14,269 nucleotides of DNA, from NCBI GenBank assembly GCA_963977445.1, contig CAXBPH010000181.1:1-14269 (forward strand). Direction: 5' to 3'. The DNA comes from an uncultured bacterium. GTDB taxonomy: Bacteria > Hydrogenedentota > Hydrogenedentia > Hydrogenedentales > JAEUWI01. Each line of letters starts with the position of its first letter. Position 1 is the first letter of the stretch. Below, in pieces: positions 6,983-14,269 of the stretch. A program made the position numbers and the translations under genes. The notes beneath the pieces are model-generated. The model saw only the letters and a program-made list of their open reading frames with translations, was not told the origin of the DNA and made no database searches.

Positions 6983-7960
6983 CTATTTCACGGAGTCCCT
7001 TCGGGCTTTCAATTCACGCCAGGTCGTGAGAATGATACCCTCATCCTGAACGAGCTGGATAAGCTCGGGGTCGGTCATGACATCCAGATCAGCCTGGCGG
7101 GTATTGCCGGAGGTCGAAATGGCATCAAAATGGGCGTCACGGGCCGTACAGTGAACAATAATCTCCGTAACACCGGGCCGTAACTCCTTTATCGTCTCTG
7201 TGAACATGCGTTTCTTTTCTTCCGGGGTTTTCCAATTATAGGAAACGCCAGTCGCATCGTCCAGCACGGGCAGTCCTGCAGCCCATACCTTCTCATGTAG
7301 ACCGTCTTTCGTAAGGATCTCCGCGAGCCCACCTTCATACTTGTTGCTCAAGTAGCCATGGGGACCGGTAATAAGTATCGGAATTTTGTACTCAATACCT
7401 ACCTTTACATAGCGTGCAAAATACTCCAAATTTGAGAAGAGCGTTCCCATGTGGGAATCCAAGTGGGTTACTGACATCCCACTGGCGAGCGCCATATCTA
7501 TCTGGGCGCGTATTTCCATTTCTATTTCGTCCGCCGTGGCATGTTGGTTGACCAGTTCCACCCCCTTCCACAGATAACCCGCCTCATCCACCAGGCTGGG
7601 AACAGTTGGCTTTCCCGCGACAGGTCCCCACCGGTAGTGATCCCACTCAGAAGTGAGGGTCAGGTGAAGCCCATTGTCCACTTCCGGGTTCTTTTTCAGA
7701 TAATCGAGCCAACGGGGCACCCAGGGGCACGGCATCATGGTACTGACGGAGGTCACCATCCCGCCTTCGATGGCGCGGACCGTCCCCGTAATCCCCTCCA
7801 GACACATGCCCAAGTCGTCGCTGTGAAAGATAACAACCTTGGCATCTGCGGGCCACCCAAGCCGCTCCGCGTACGTCTTCTCCGCACCATTTGCCGCCAG
7901 AGGCACGAAAAAAAACAATACTATAGTTCCCAAAATACGTTGAATAGCCTTAGATCGCAT
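6983..7960 (-). CDS. Secreted YdjC/ChbG/HpnK-family carbohydrate deacetylase
   Basis: IFHSDDLG, VTSVSTMMPCPW, GLHLTLTSEW, EIRAQI...THLDSHMG, GVTEIIVH. Start ATG 7960 (GGAGA RBS) gives the signal peptide MRSKAIQRILGTIVLFFFVPLAANG. Confidence 0.9.
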   Translation of the reverse strand: MRSKAIQRILGTIVLFFFVPLAANGAEKTYAERLGWPADAKVVIFHSDDLGMCLEGITGTVRAIEGGMVTSVSTMMPCPWVPRWLDYLKKNPEVDNGLHLTLTSEWDHYRWGPVAGKPTVPSLVDEAGYLWKGVELVNQHATADEIEMEIRAQIDMALASGMSVTHLDSHMGTLFSNLEYFARYVKVGIEYKIPILITGPHGYLSNKYEGGLAEILTKDGLHEKVWAAGLPVLDDATGVSYNWKTPEEKKRMFTETIKELRPGVTEIIVHCTARDAHFDAISTSGNTRQADLDVMTDPELIQLVQDEGIILTTWRELKARRDSVK

Positions 7961-8158
7961 TGTGTTGTCTCCCGGTATTGGGCCAATAATGTCGAAAAAT
8001 GAAAAGCTGGAACACCAACATAGCAAAATTTGCCATCGATTGCGTATTTTGGCGACATCTTCGCTTGCGGGTCTCATTCAAAACAATCGTTTTAATTGAT
8101 CTTTATGCACTTTGTTACATTAGTGATGGGTTCTATTGCCTAGGTTGTATTGTTTTTC

Positions 8159-8187
8159 TTGACAAATAATTGATTCTCTTATATAAC
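8159..8187 (+). promoter_or_regulatory. Sigma70 promoter for the DUF1559 gene
   Basis: TTGACA (8159-8164)-N17-TATAAC (8182-8187) in an AT-rich divergent intergenic region. Confidence 0.75.
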
Positions 8188-8209
8188 GGTAACTAACATA
8201 TGAAGAAAC

Positions 8210-8227
8210 TGTGACGAATTCTTCACA
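8210..8227. promoter_or_regulatory. Palindromic operator-like site TGTGA-N8-TCACA
   Basis: TGTGACGAATTCTTCACA is an 18-bp palindrome with one mismatched pair, just downstream of the predicted transcription start. Confidence 0.5.
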
Positions 8228-8389
8228 AAGGCGTGTATCTTGAAAATCACCTTAGATGTATACGTTATGCTTTTCTTACCTCGTCACTTGGTTGAATTCG
8301 AGTACAAGAAAGGAGGCAACTAGACACGTGCAGTCTATCCATTGAGTTCATTTATTCCATTTTCCAAACCACCCGAAAAGGATCAAAGA

Positions 8390-9415
8390 ATGAGCGTAAA
8401 TAAATCCATACATAAGAATCATGGTTTTACTTTAATTGAGTTGCTCGTCGTCATTGCAATTATCGGTATTCTCGCTGCTATCCTCCTCCCCGCCTTGGCA
8501 CGTGCCCGAGAAGCGGCGAAGCGGTCCAGCTGCCAGAATAATCTCAAGCAACACGGTATTGTCTTCAAGATGTTTTCGAACGAAAGCGAAGGAGAACGAT
8601 TTCCCCGACGTGGCACGCGTTTTTGGAAAGACTACAATAGCGCCGACCTCGAGCGGGCCTATGAGCTGGAAGAAATCTATCCGGAGTACATGACGGATCT
8701 CCAGATTCAGTTTTGCCCTTCCGATGCGGACTACGGCAAATCACAGATTCCTAATTATACCTACAGCACGGATGGCTTGAAGCTGCACCGTACCATAGGG
8801 CCAAATTGGGACACATCAGACGACCCTTACGTGAAGAACAAGGTGTCTCCTGCTGGTGGTGGTAGTCAATACTGCGATCCTGCGCTCTTCGATCCCGGTT
8901 TGAATTGCTACTATCACGGTGGATACTGGTCCTACAACTACTGGGGCTATCTTATTGATGGCGACTGGTTTAAAACTCCCGCCGATTACGCGTGGGTCTT
9001 CGCCAACAGTGCAAGCATCGGCGCTCCTGAAGCATTGGATCAGCGCCAGGCCTCCATGCCTAACGGCCGTGGTCTTGTTCCAAATCGCGAGCAAAACGCC
9101 ACATTCGACATGCCTTCCTCCGGAGAGCGGGTCGTAGCTTTTTACATGCGTGAAGGTATCGAACGCTTCACCATTACGGACATCAACAATGCTGCTGCCA
9201 GCGCAAAAGCGCAGACAGAAGCAGCCGTAATGTGGGACAATTCCTACACCGCCGACGGGGCCGTTGGCGAAAACTTCAACCACGTACCCGGTGGCGCCAA
9301 TGTGCTCTACATGGATGGTCACGTGGAATGGGCCAAGTATCCCCAACCTGCTGGCAGCAAGGCCTATATGATGACCTTGGAAGCCCACCGGGACGGAAAC
9401 TCCTTCGGACCATGA
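8390..9415 (+). CDS. DUF1559-family prepilin-type N-terminal cleavage/methylation protein with H-X9-DG motif
   Basis: [44 protein letters not shown] at the N-terminus and [19 protein letters not shown] at the C-terminus. ATG 8390 follows AAAGGA. Confidence 0.93.
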   Translation: MSVNKSIHKNHGFTLIELLVVIAIIGILAAILLPALARAREAAKRSSCQNNLKQHGIVFKMFSNESEGERFPRRGTRFWKDYNSADLERAYELEEIYPEYMTDLQIQFCPSDADYGKSQIPNYTYSTDGLKLHRTIGPNWDTSDDPYVKNKVSPAGGGSQYCDPALFDPGLNCYYHGGYWSYNYWGYLIDGDWFKTPADYAWVFANSASIGAPEALDQRQASMPNGRGLVPNREQNATFDMPSSGERVVAFYMREGIERFTITDINNAAASAKAQTEAAVMWDNSYTADGAVGENFNHVPGGANVLYMDGHVEWAKYPQPAGSKAYMMTLEAHRDGNSFGP

Positions 9416-9463
9416 TCGGCTTACCTTTTACCCTTTCGTCCGTCTCTTAGAGCGGAGTGAGAA

Positions 9464-9503
9464 AATCTGGGAGGGTCACACTGACCCTCCCAGATTCATT
9501 TTC
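9464..9503 (+). terminator. Probable intrinsic terminator after the DUF1559 gene
   Basis: AATCTGGGAGGGTCA-cac-TGACCCTCCCAGATT, a perfect 15-bp stem followed by CATTTTC. Confidence 0.65.
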
Positions 9504-9558
9504 CTTCCCCCCCCCACCCCGGGCCTGCTTCCAATTTTTTTTCGAAGAGGATCTTTTC

Positions 9559-9939
9559 ATGAAGTCGAGTACCCTTGTTGTTGCATTCCTCCCCTTGTTA
9601 TTCATTTTGGCTGGTTGTGGAAAGTCCGCGCTGCCGGAAGATCCCGGCCTTCCCGAAGGCAGGGATATGCGCGACACGTTTCGTGAAGCCGTTATCAACT
9701 CAGATGAAGCTACCGTAGTTGATCTACTGAACCAGCAGCCCCTCCTCGCAAAAGCCAAGCACCCCACCAGTGGCCAGCTGCCCCTTCATCTCGCCGTTCG
9801 AGCTGGCAATGAAGCGATCATAAAGCTCCTACTTGAAAATGGGGCCAATCCTGCGGCGCTAAACGACGAAGGCGAATCGGCACTGGACGCCGCCCATTCT
9901 TCTGGTGCCGGAGAATCAATCCTGGCACTACTCCAGTAA
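9559..9939 (+). CDS. Ankyrin-repeat lipoprotein
   Basis: GAGGA RBS. Lipobox signal MKSSTLVVAFLPLLFILAG-C. Ankyrin motifs GQLPLHLAVRAGNEAIIKLLLENGANP and GESALDAA. Confidence 0.88.
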   Translation: MKSSTLVVAFLPLLFILAGCGKSALPEDPGLPEGRDMRDTFREAVINSDEATVVDLLNQQPLLAKAKHPTSGQLPLHLAVRAGNEAIIKLLLENGANPAALNDEGESALDAAHSSGAGESILALLQ

Positions 9940-9967
9940 ACGTTCGGTGGGTCTTGGGACTGCGCAC

Positions 9968-12121
9968 CTATACGGTCGTAGCCTCAAGGCCTTCCACCGC
10001 GTTTGCTGCCACCTTCGCCACATTGTCCCACGGGTCACTTGTTGCCGTCTTCAGGACCACGAGACAGGGGGCTGCCGCGCCACCCAATTGCAGCAGGGCC
10101 CACGCTGCTGCAAGCCGGACACTTTGCGACTCATCGCGAAGCCTTTTTTCGAGCACAGGCAGGGCCGTCGGCACCTCTCCCCAGTCGGCCAATGCGTGTG
10201 CCGCAGCGACACACACAACCGCACTTGGGTCTTCCAGATGAAGCCTGACCAAGGTGAGCCACTCGGCTGTCCGCAGGCCTGGGCTAACGACGCGATGGAG
10301 CAGCACGATCGCCCAATACCGCAGGGCAGCATCCGACGCTGACAAGGTTTCCAGATAAGTAGCAATGGATTGGTCGGCGTTATGGTCCAAGGCACGTAGC
10401 GCGCGAAGTTTGACCAGCAAGGGCGCAAGTGACTCCGCGTCCACCGGGTGCGATTCTGTTACCCCTGACGGACCACCCCCGGCCTCCCCCACGGTGACCA
10501 CGATGCTGTCCTTAAAACCAATGCGGGATGCCTTCGCGTGCAGCCTGACACCGGGTCGCACCGCCACGCCTCCCCTGTCGAGCCGCCAATAGTCGGGCAC
10601 ATCATCTTCCCACCGATAGCTGATTGACGCTCCAGGCGTCGACGAGCTCATCAGAATTTTCTCCTCCGACAGGGTCAGCACCGGTGCCTGGGCAGTCATG
10701 GTTCCTGCGCTATTTCGCCAAGCATCCAATTCCGGCTCAGGAATCAGTCCAACATCGTCCGTGGATGCCATCCAACTGAGATGTACCGCCCGAAGTCTAT
10801 ACAGGTCAGATTGAAATTCCGGGTGTGTAGCAAGATTGTTTAACTCGTGGGGGTCGGCCTCCACATCGTAAAGCTCTTCCAGCGGCTTTGTGGGCGCAAA
10901 CCATTTTTCCTGGTCTCCATCCAATTTTCCCTCCGTGTGGAGACGTCGTAAATCCTGCAACATAGGCATTTCGTTCATGTAGTCGATGTCTTGTGCATAG
11001 GTCACATAGGGCATGTAGTTGCGGAAATAACGAAAGCGTTTATCCCGCACCGTGCGTATCAGGTCATAGGCCTCATCCATGCGATCGCGGGCTCCATATA
11101 TGTATTCCTGCGGCGGGGTCTCCTGGGGGCCCAGGAAGGCGTGCCCCTGGAAACAGGCGGGTGGCGCCACGCCGGCGAGGGAAAGCACCGTTGGCGCAAA
11201 ATCAACGAAGCACACCAAATCATCACGGACCCCCGCTGCCAGACTTTCGGGAGCGTCCGGTCGCACCCAACTGCGCCATTTTTCCGGCACGTGGATTAGC
11301 AGCGGAATTCGTGTGCCCGATTCGTAGAGCCATCGCTTCCCCCGCGTCAGGCCACGGCCGTGATCCCCCCAAAACCAGACAATCGTATCCTCCGCGAGAC
11401 CGTCCTCTTCCAGTTGTTTCAACGTATCCCCCACTTGCCTATCCATCAGGGTGATAACATCACTGTATTGGGCCCAATCGTGACGTGTAGCGGCCGTGTC
11501 GGCGTGATAGGGAGGCAAGGTCGCCTTAGCCGGGTCGTGTTTCTCTGGCCCCAGGGCGTCAATCTGGTCGAGCAACCCGGTGTCACGACTTCGCACCTGA
11601 CTCTCGTGACAGACCGTAAAGTTAATAACCGAAAAGAAGGGCATGTCGGTCGGTCGGTGTCGCCAGTGCGCCTCGTTACTACTTTCGTCCCAGGCGCTCA
11701 CGGGTGGCGAAAACTGATAGTCGGTCTTCTTGTTATTGGTGCAATAATAGCCCGCTGCACGGAGATATTCCGTGAAACATTTTACGCCCGCAGGGGGCAC
11801 GCCGGCACAGCGCATGTGATGGGTGCCAAGCGTGGTGGGATACATGCCCGTGATAATCCCCGAGCGACTGGGGGCGCAGACACCGGAATGGGAATAGGCC
11901 CGATCATAGCGGACTGCCCGTTGTGCGAAGCTATCGATGTTGGGCGTCGTCGCATAGTCATCGCCATAGCAACCGAGGTCGGGACTGATGTCTTCCGCGC
12001 TGATCCAGAGGATGTTGGGTCGTTTTTCGCTGTTTTTCTGCGCGACGGCATGGGGTCCACCAAACAGGGCCCACGCGGTAGCGGTAACCAGCCCCGATTT
12101 AAGAAAGCTTCTTCTTCGCAT
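9968..12121 (-). CDS. Tat-exported formylglycine-dependent sulfatase with C-terminal beta-domain and HEAT-like repeats
   Basis: Tat motif MRRRSFLK, PNILWISAEDI, active-site CAPSRSGIITG, WGDHG...KRWLYESGTRIPL, ELYDVEADPHELNNLA. HEAT-like units follow (DAALRYWA, DPSAVVCVAAAHAL, DESQSVRLAAAWAL). Confidence 0.93.
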   Translation of the reverse strand: MRRRSFLKSGLVTATAWALFGGPHAVAQKNSEKRPNILWISAEDISPDLGCYGDDYATTPNIDSFAQRAVRYDRAYSHSGVCAPSRSGIITGMYPTTLGTHHMRCAGVPPAGVKCFTEYLRAAGYYCTNNKKTDYQFSPPVSAWDESSNEAHWRHRPTDMPFFSVINFTVCHESQVRSRDTGLLDQIDALGPEKHDPAKATLPPYHADTAATRHDWAQYSDVITLMDRQVGDTLKQLEEDGLAEDTIVWFWGDHGRGLTRGKRWLYESGTRIPLLIHVPEKWRSWVRPDAPESLAAGVRDDLVCFVDFAPTVLSLAGVAPPACFQGHAFLGPQETPPQEYIYGARDRMDEAYDLIRTVRDKRFRYFRNYMPYVTYAQDIDYMNEMPMLQDLRRLHTEGKLDGDQEKWFAPTKPLEELYDVEADPHELNNLATHPEFQSDLYRLRAVHLSWMASTDDVGLIPEPELDAWRNSAGTMTAQAPVLTLSEEKILMSSSTPGASISYRWEDDVPDYWRLDRGGVAVRPGVRLHAKASRIGFKDSIVVTVGEAGGGPSGVTESHPVDAESLAPLLVKLRALRALDHNADQSIATYLETLSASDAALRYWAIVLLHRVVSPGLRTAEWLTLVRLHLEDPSAVVCVAAAHALADWGEVPTALPVLEKRLRDESQSVRLAAAWALLQLGGAAAPCLVVLKTATSDPWDNVAKVAANAVEGLEATTV

Positions 12122-12198
12122 AGGTCCACTCCCGGATATAGTTTGCTAACAACGCCATGCACGCCGGGTCCCGGGAAGTACAACCAGGAGCTTCGGCC

Positions 12199-12732
12199 CT
12201 ACTTCAGGATACGGTACTCGTTAATCTGAACTCCGCCATCGCAGGTCACCGATTCAAGGAGTTCCATTCGGGCCGTCGCCGCGGAGGAGCCGAAGAGCGT
12301 CGTGCCGCTCCCAATAATCACCGGGTTCACCCGTAGTTTCAGGGTATCAATGAGCCCATTCTCCAGGAGCCAGCCCGCGAAGGGCCCACCACCACAGAAA
12401 TAGATGTTACTTCCCGATTCTTGCTTCAATGCATTTATGTTTTCGACCGCCGGTGCGACGACGTGTACATCGGGGTGGGGTGATTTGAAGACCAGCGAGT
12501 TGGAAAATATATAGTGAACCTTGCCCGCGCAGGCTGGCTGCCCTGCCTGGAGGCCATAGCCATAGCCGAATTCATAGGTCTGCCGACACATCATCACGGA
12601 ATCGAAATCGCTTATCTCTTCCTTGTAACGGGTGGCGACAGAGCCTTTCTTTACAAACATACTGCTATCTCCTTTCGGGCCCGCAACGTAGCCATCGAGA
12701 GAACAAGCAACATAATAGACAATTTTTTTCAT
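12199..12732 (-). CDS. Dihydrofolate reductase-like / RibD C-terminal domain protein
   Basis: KIVYYVACSLDGYVAGPKGD, NIYFCGGG.FA..LLENGLID.L...NPVIIGSG..LF, LELLES.....GV....Y-like tail. Confidence 0.88.
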   Translation of the reverse strand: MKKIVYYVACSLDGYVAGPKGDSSMFVKKGSVATRYKEEISDFDSVMMCRQTYEFGYGYGLQAGQPACAGKVHYIFSNSLVFKSPHPDVHVVAPAVENINALKQESGSNIYFCGGGPFAGWLLENGLIDTLKLRVNPVIIGSGTTLFGSSAATARMELLESVTCDGGVQINEYRILK

Positions 12733-12840
12733 GGTGACCTACCTCTACCACGTATCCTGACCACACACAGCCTTGCGCGGTTCCTACCTGTACTTACACT
12801 ATCACCATTGTACCCCTTCGGTGCCACTAAAGGATGCCCC

Positions 12841-12870
12841 ATAAAAAAGGGTATTCCAATGGAATACCCT
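12841..12870 (-). terminator. Rho-independent terminator downstream of the LprI-family gene
   Basis: AGGGTATTCC-aat-GGAATACCCT, a 10-bp stem. On the minus strand it is followed by a U-run (plus-strand ATAAAAAA). Confidence 0.8.
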
Positions 12871-12935
12871 GGGAAATCTATAGTCTGTTGCCATGTACCC
12901 GCCCACGTGAATCACGTACGGGGGCAAGGCGTCGG

Positions 12936-13316
12936 TCAAGGCAGCGTGCCGTCACCTTCTTCGGGATAGCCCTCACGGAACATGGACTTCAGCTCATCCA
13001 CACGGGCTTCGGTTACGGAAGCCATGGCAGCTGAATAGACCATCGGCGCGATGCTGCCGCCTTCATAGAGGGACATGGCAAACTCCGCATTCTTATCGCG
13101 ATAGTTGAGCCAGGCGAGCTGCGCTTCCTTCAGTCCGGCTTTCTCGGTGTCACTTAGACGGATACGCAATTCCTTGTATACTTTGTTCAGTTGGGCATCG
13201 GCAATTTCGTAGTCCGATTTCACCTCCTGGTTCATTTCCTGCTGGGTTTGGGCAAATGCGAATACGGCCAGACCAAGGATGAAACAAATGGAACCAGCAA
13301 TTACCTTTTTAATCAT
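12936..13316 (-). CDS. Secreted LprI / DUF1311 family protein
   Basis: Signal peptide ending AFA|Q, then QTQQEMN...DY..AD.QLNKVY, LKEAQLAWLNYRD, YEGGSIAPM, TEARVDEL. GAGGAG RBS. Confidence 0.88.
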   Translation of the reverse strand: MIKKVIAGSICFILGLAVFAFAQTQQEMNQEVKSDYEIADAQLNKVYKELRIRLSDTEKAGLKEAQLAWLNYRDKNAEFAMSLYEGGSIAPMVYSAAMASVTEARVDELKSMFREGYPEEGDGTLP

Positions 13317-13506
13317 AGGTACTTCTCCTCTTCCTGCGGCGCATTAAAAGGGGAACGCGCGCGCCACTCCCACCACAACCGACACAACCAGCGGCACTGG
13401 AAATACGGTTGCCTACAGAACGATTTTCCCGATTTTAGCAGATGGACCTGGCACGCTTCTCATTAAGAGGAAGACGTTGTATTCATGACGCGGTGTATTT
13501 AGCAAG

Positions 13507-13735
13507 CACCGGTAGAGCCGGGGGTATGAGGAAAGCCCCGGCAACGGGGCGGTTAAGTCCACGAACCCAGGGTTTGCTTCGCATCGCCCTGGGCTACGTT
13601 ATGCCACCCCTCCGGGGCTAAGAGCGCTTCGCGCCTTCGTATTCTGCAACACTGCAAAAATTACGCTACTTGAGCTAGCAGTAGAAAAACTCGACGAAAC
13701 AGCAGAGCCTGATGAATTCTCACCGGCAGAGCCGG
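13507..13735. repeat. Palindrome cluster: two CACCGG(T/C)AGAGCCGG hairpins plus a nested REP-like inverted repeat (possible IS200/IS605-derived remnant)
   Basis: Direct repeat at 13507-13521 and 13721-13735 (14/15 identical). AGCCCCGG (13534) pairs with CCGGGGCT (to 13619), with an inner CCCAGGG/CCCTGGG pair. Confidence 0.5.
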
Positions 13736-13750
13736 TAGATTGGCTTGTAT

Positions 13751-14090
13751 TTAGAAAAGTTTGCTGCCCAATGGCGCTGCCTTGTCCGGAACGCACAGAA
13801 CGACCGCACCGTTATCATCTTTGAATCCGGTGACCAGACACTGAGAATGGAGCGGTCCGATCTGTTTTTTTCGGCAAGTTAACTACGGCAACAACCTGCC
13901 GGCCAATGAGTGATTCTGGTTGGTAGTGGTCGGTAATCTGGGCACTGGATTTCCGGATACCAATCTCCGGGCCAAAGTCGATTCTCATTTTAAGGGCAGG
14001 CCGCCGGGCCTCTGTGAAGACAGACGCCTCCAGGATTTGTCCCACCCTGAGTTCCACCTGAGCGAACTCATCCCAACTGATTTCTTTCAC
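13751..14090 (-). pseudogene. csaA: tRNA-binding/export chaperone CsaA (Trbp111-like OB-fold), frameshifted by one extra base
   Basis: GTG 14090 with AAGGAGG RBS gives MKEISWDEFAQVELRVGQI...DFGPEIGIRKSSAQIT..Y....[15 protein letters not shown]. Removing one T from the T7 run at 13865-13871 continues the frame as [37 protein letters not shown] (112 aa). It may be a sequencing error rather than a true pseudogene. Confidence 0.85.
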
Positions 14091-14166
14091 AATTGCAACC
14101 TCCTTTGTGTTTAAATTGTCCAACTGACGTATAGTAGCGGAAGTAGGTAAACCAAGGAGACCTGAT

Positions 14167-14269
14167 ATGCGTTTGGCCAGAGTATTTGTAATCATGAGTT
14201 TGCTGGTAGCTGGAGGATTGGCCCATAGTGAATCGACCACGCCCGACCCTACCCCCATTGAGACCTGGA
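14167..14269 (+). CDS. 5' part of a secreted protein (runs off the window)
   Basis: AAGGAG RBS, then an open frame MRLARVFVIMSLLVAGGLAHSESTTPDPTPIETW... with a classical signal peptide. It is not in the ORF track because it is incomplete. Confidence 0.7.
   Translation, partial: MRLARVFVIMSLLVAGGLAHSESTTPDPTPIETW

Noticed and set aside
8390..9415. DUF1559 protein as evidence of a type IV pilus or T2SS locus
   Set aside because: No assembly ATPase, platform or secretin genes are nearby, and DUF1559 genes are commonly dispersed paralogues.
9507..9542. C9 and T8 homopolymers upstream of the ankyrin lipoprotein as possible phase-variation tracts
   Set aside because: They are intergenic, not within a recognisable promoter spacer, and there is no evidence of length variation.
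11360..12229. 289-aa plus-strand ORF and other long antisense ORFs (e.g. 3762-4328, 8816-9388, 7541-8002, 6449-6913)
   Set aside because: They lie opposite well-supported genes and have no recognisable motifs. They are typical shadow ORFs of GC-rich coding DNA.
13344..13463. Minus-strand mini frame MRSVPGPSAKIGKIVL*ATVFPVPLVVSVVVGVARAFPF* with an internal TAG (13413-13415), TM-like
   Set aside because: No RBS and too short to distinguish a gene relic or readthrough from chance.
13507..13735. Possible CRISPR mini-array or tRNA in the palindrome cluster
   Set aside because: There are only two 15-bp copies 214 bp apart, no regular spacers, no cas genes and no cloverleaf or T-loop motif.
13599..13796. 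65-aa Ser-rich minus-strand ORF
   Set aside because: It overlaps the true csaA 3' end and the palindrome cluster, and has no coding signature.
14091..14258. N-terminal extension of csaA in the ORF track (likewise extended starts at 3246, 4929, 8077, 8342, 9457)
   Set aside because: Downstream starts have clear RBSs and match family N-termini or signal peptides. The csaA extension overlaps the divergent gene at 14167.

Overview
Bacterial chromosomal window with no rRNA, tRNA, CRISPR array or intact transposase. The source is probably Candidatus Hydrogenedentota or a similar PVC-like organism, inferred from the (GE)n linker protein, the DUF1559/H-X9-DG prepilin-like protein and the Tat sulfatase. 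The left part is a minus-strand run: HIT hydrolase, aroE, a small hypothetical protein, a PTS EIIA/C4 zinc-ribbon fusion, a stand-alone cNMP-binding protein, then a sigma28-driven fliD whose 3' end appears truncated at the window edge. The middle holds a secreted repeat protein with a (GE)n linker and a Cys/TM/basic C-terminal tail, a secreted YdjC-family deacetylase, a DUF1559 protein with a near-consensus sigma70 promoter and a palindromic operator-like site, an ankyrin lipoprotein, and a Tat sulfatase with HEAT repeats. The right part holds a DHFR/RibD-C protein, an LprI/DUF1311 protein, a cluster of palindromes (IS200-end-like and REP-like), a csaA-like gene broken by one extra base in an A7 run, and the start of a secreted protein. 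The most interesting candidates are the EIIA-zinc-ribbon fusion next to the cNMP protein and fliD, and the putative C-terminal sorting signal. All calls come from motif recognition by eye; no database searches were run.
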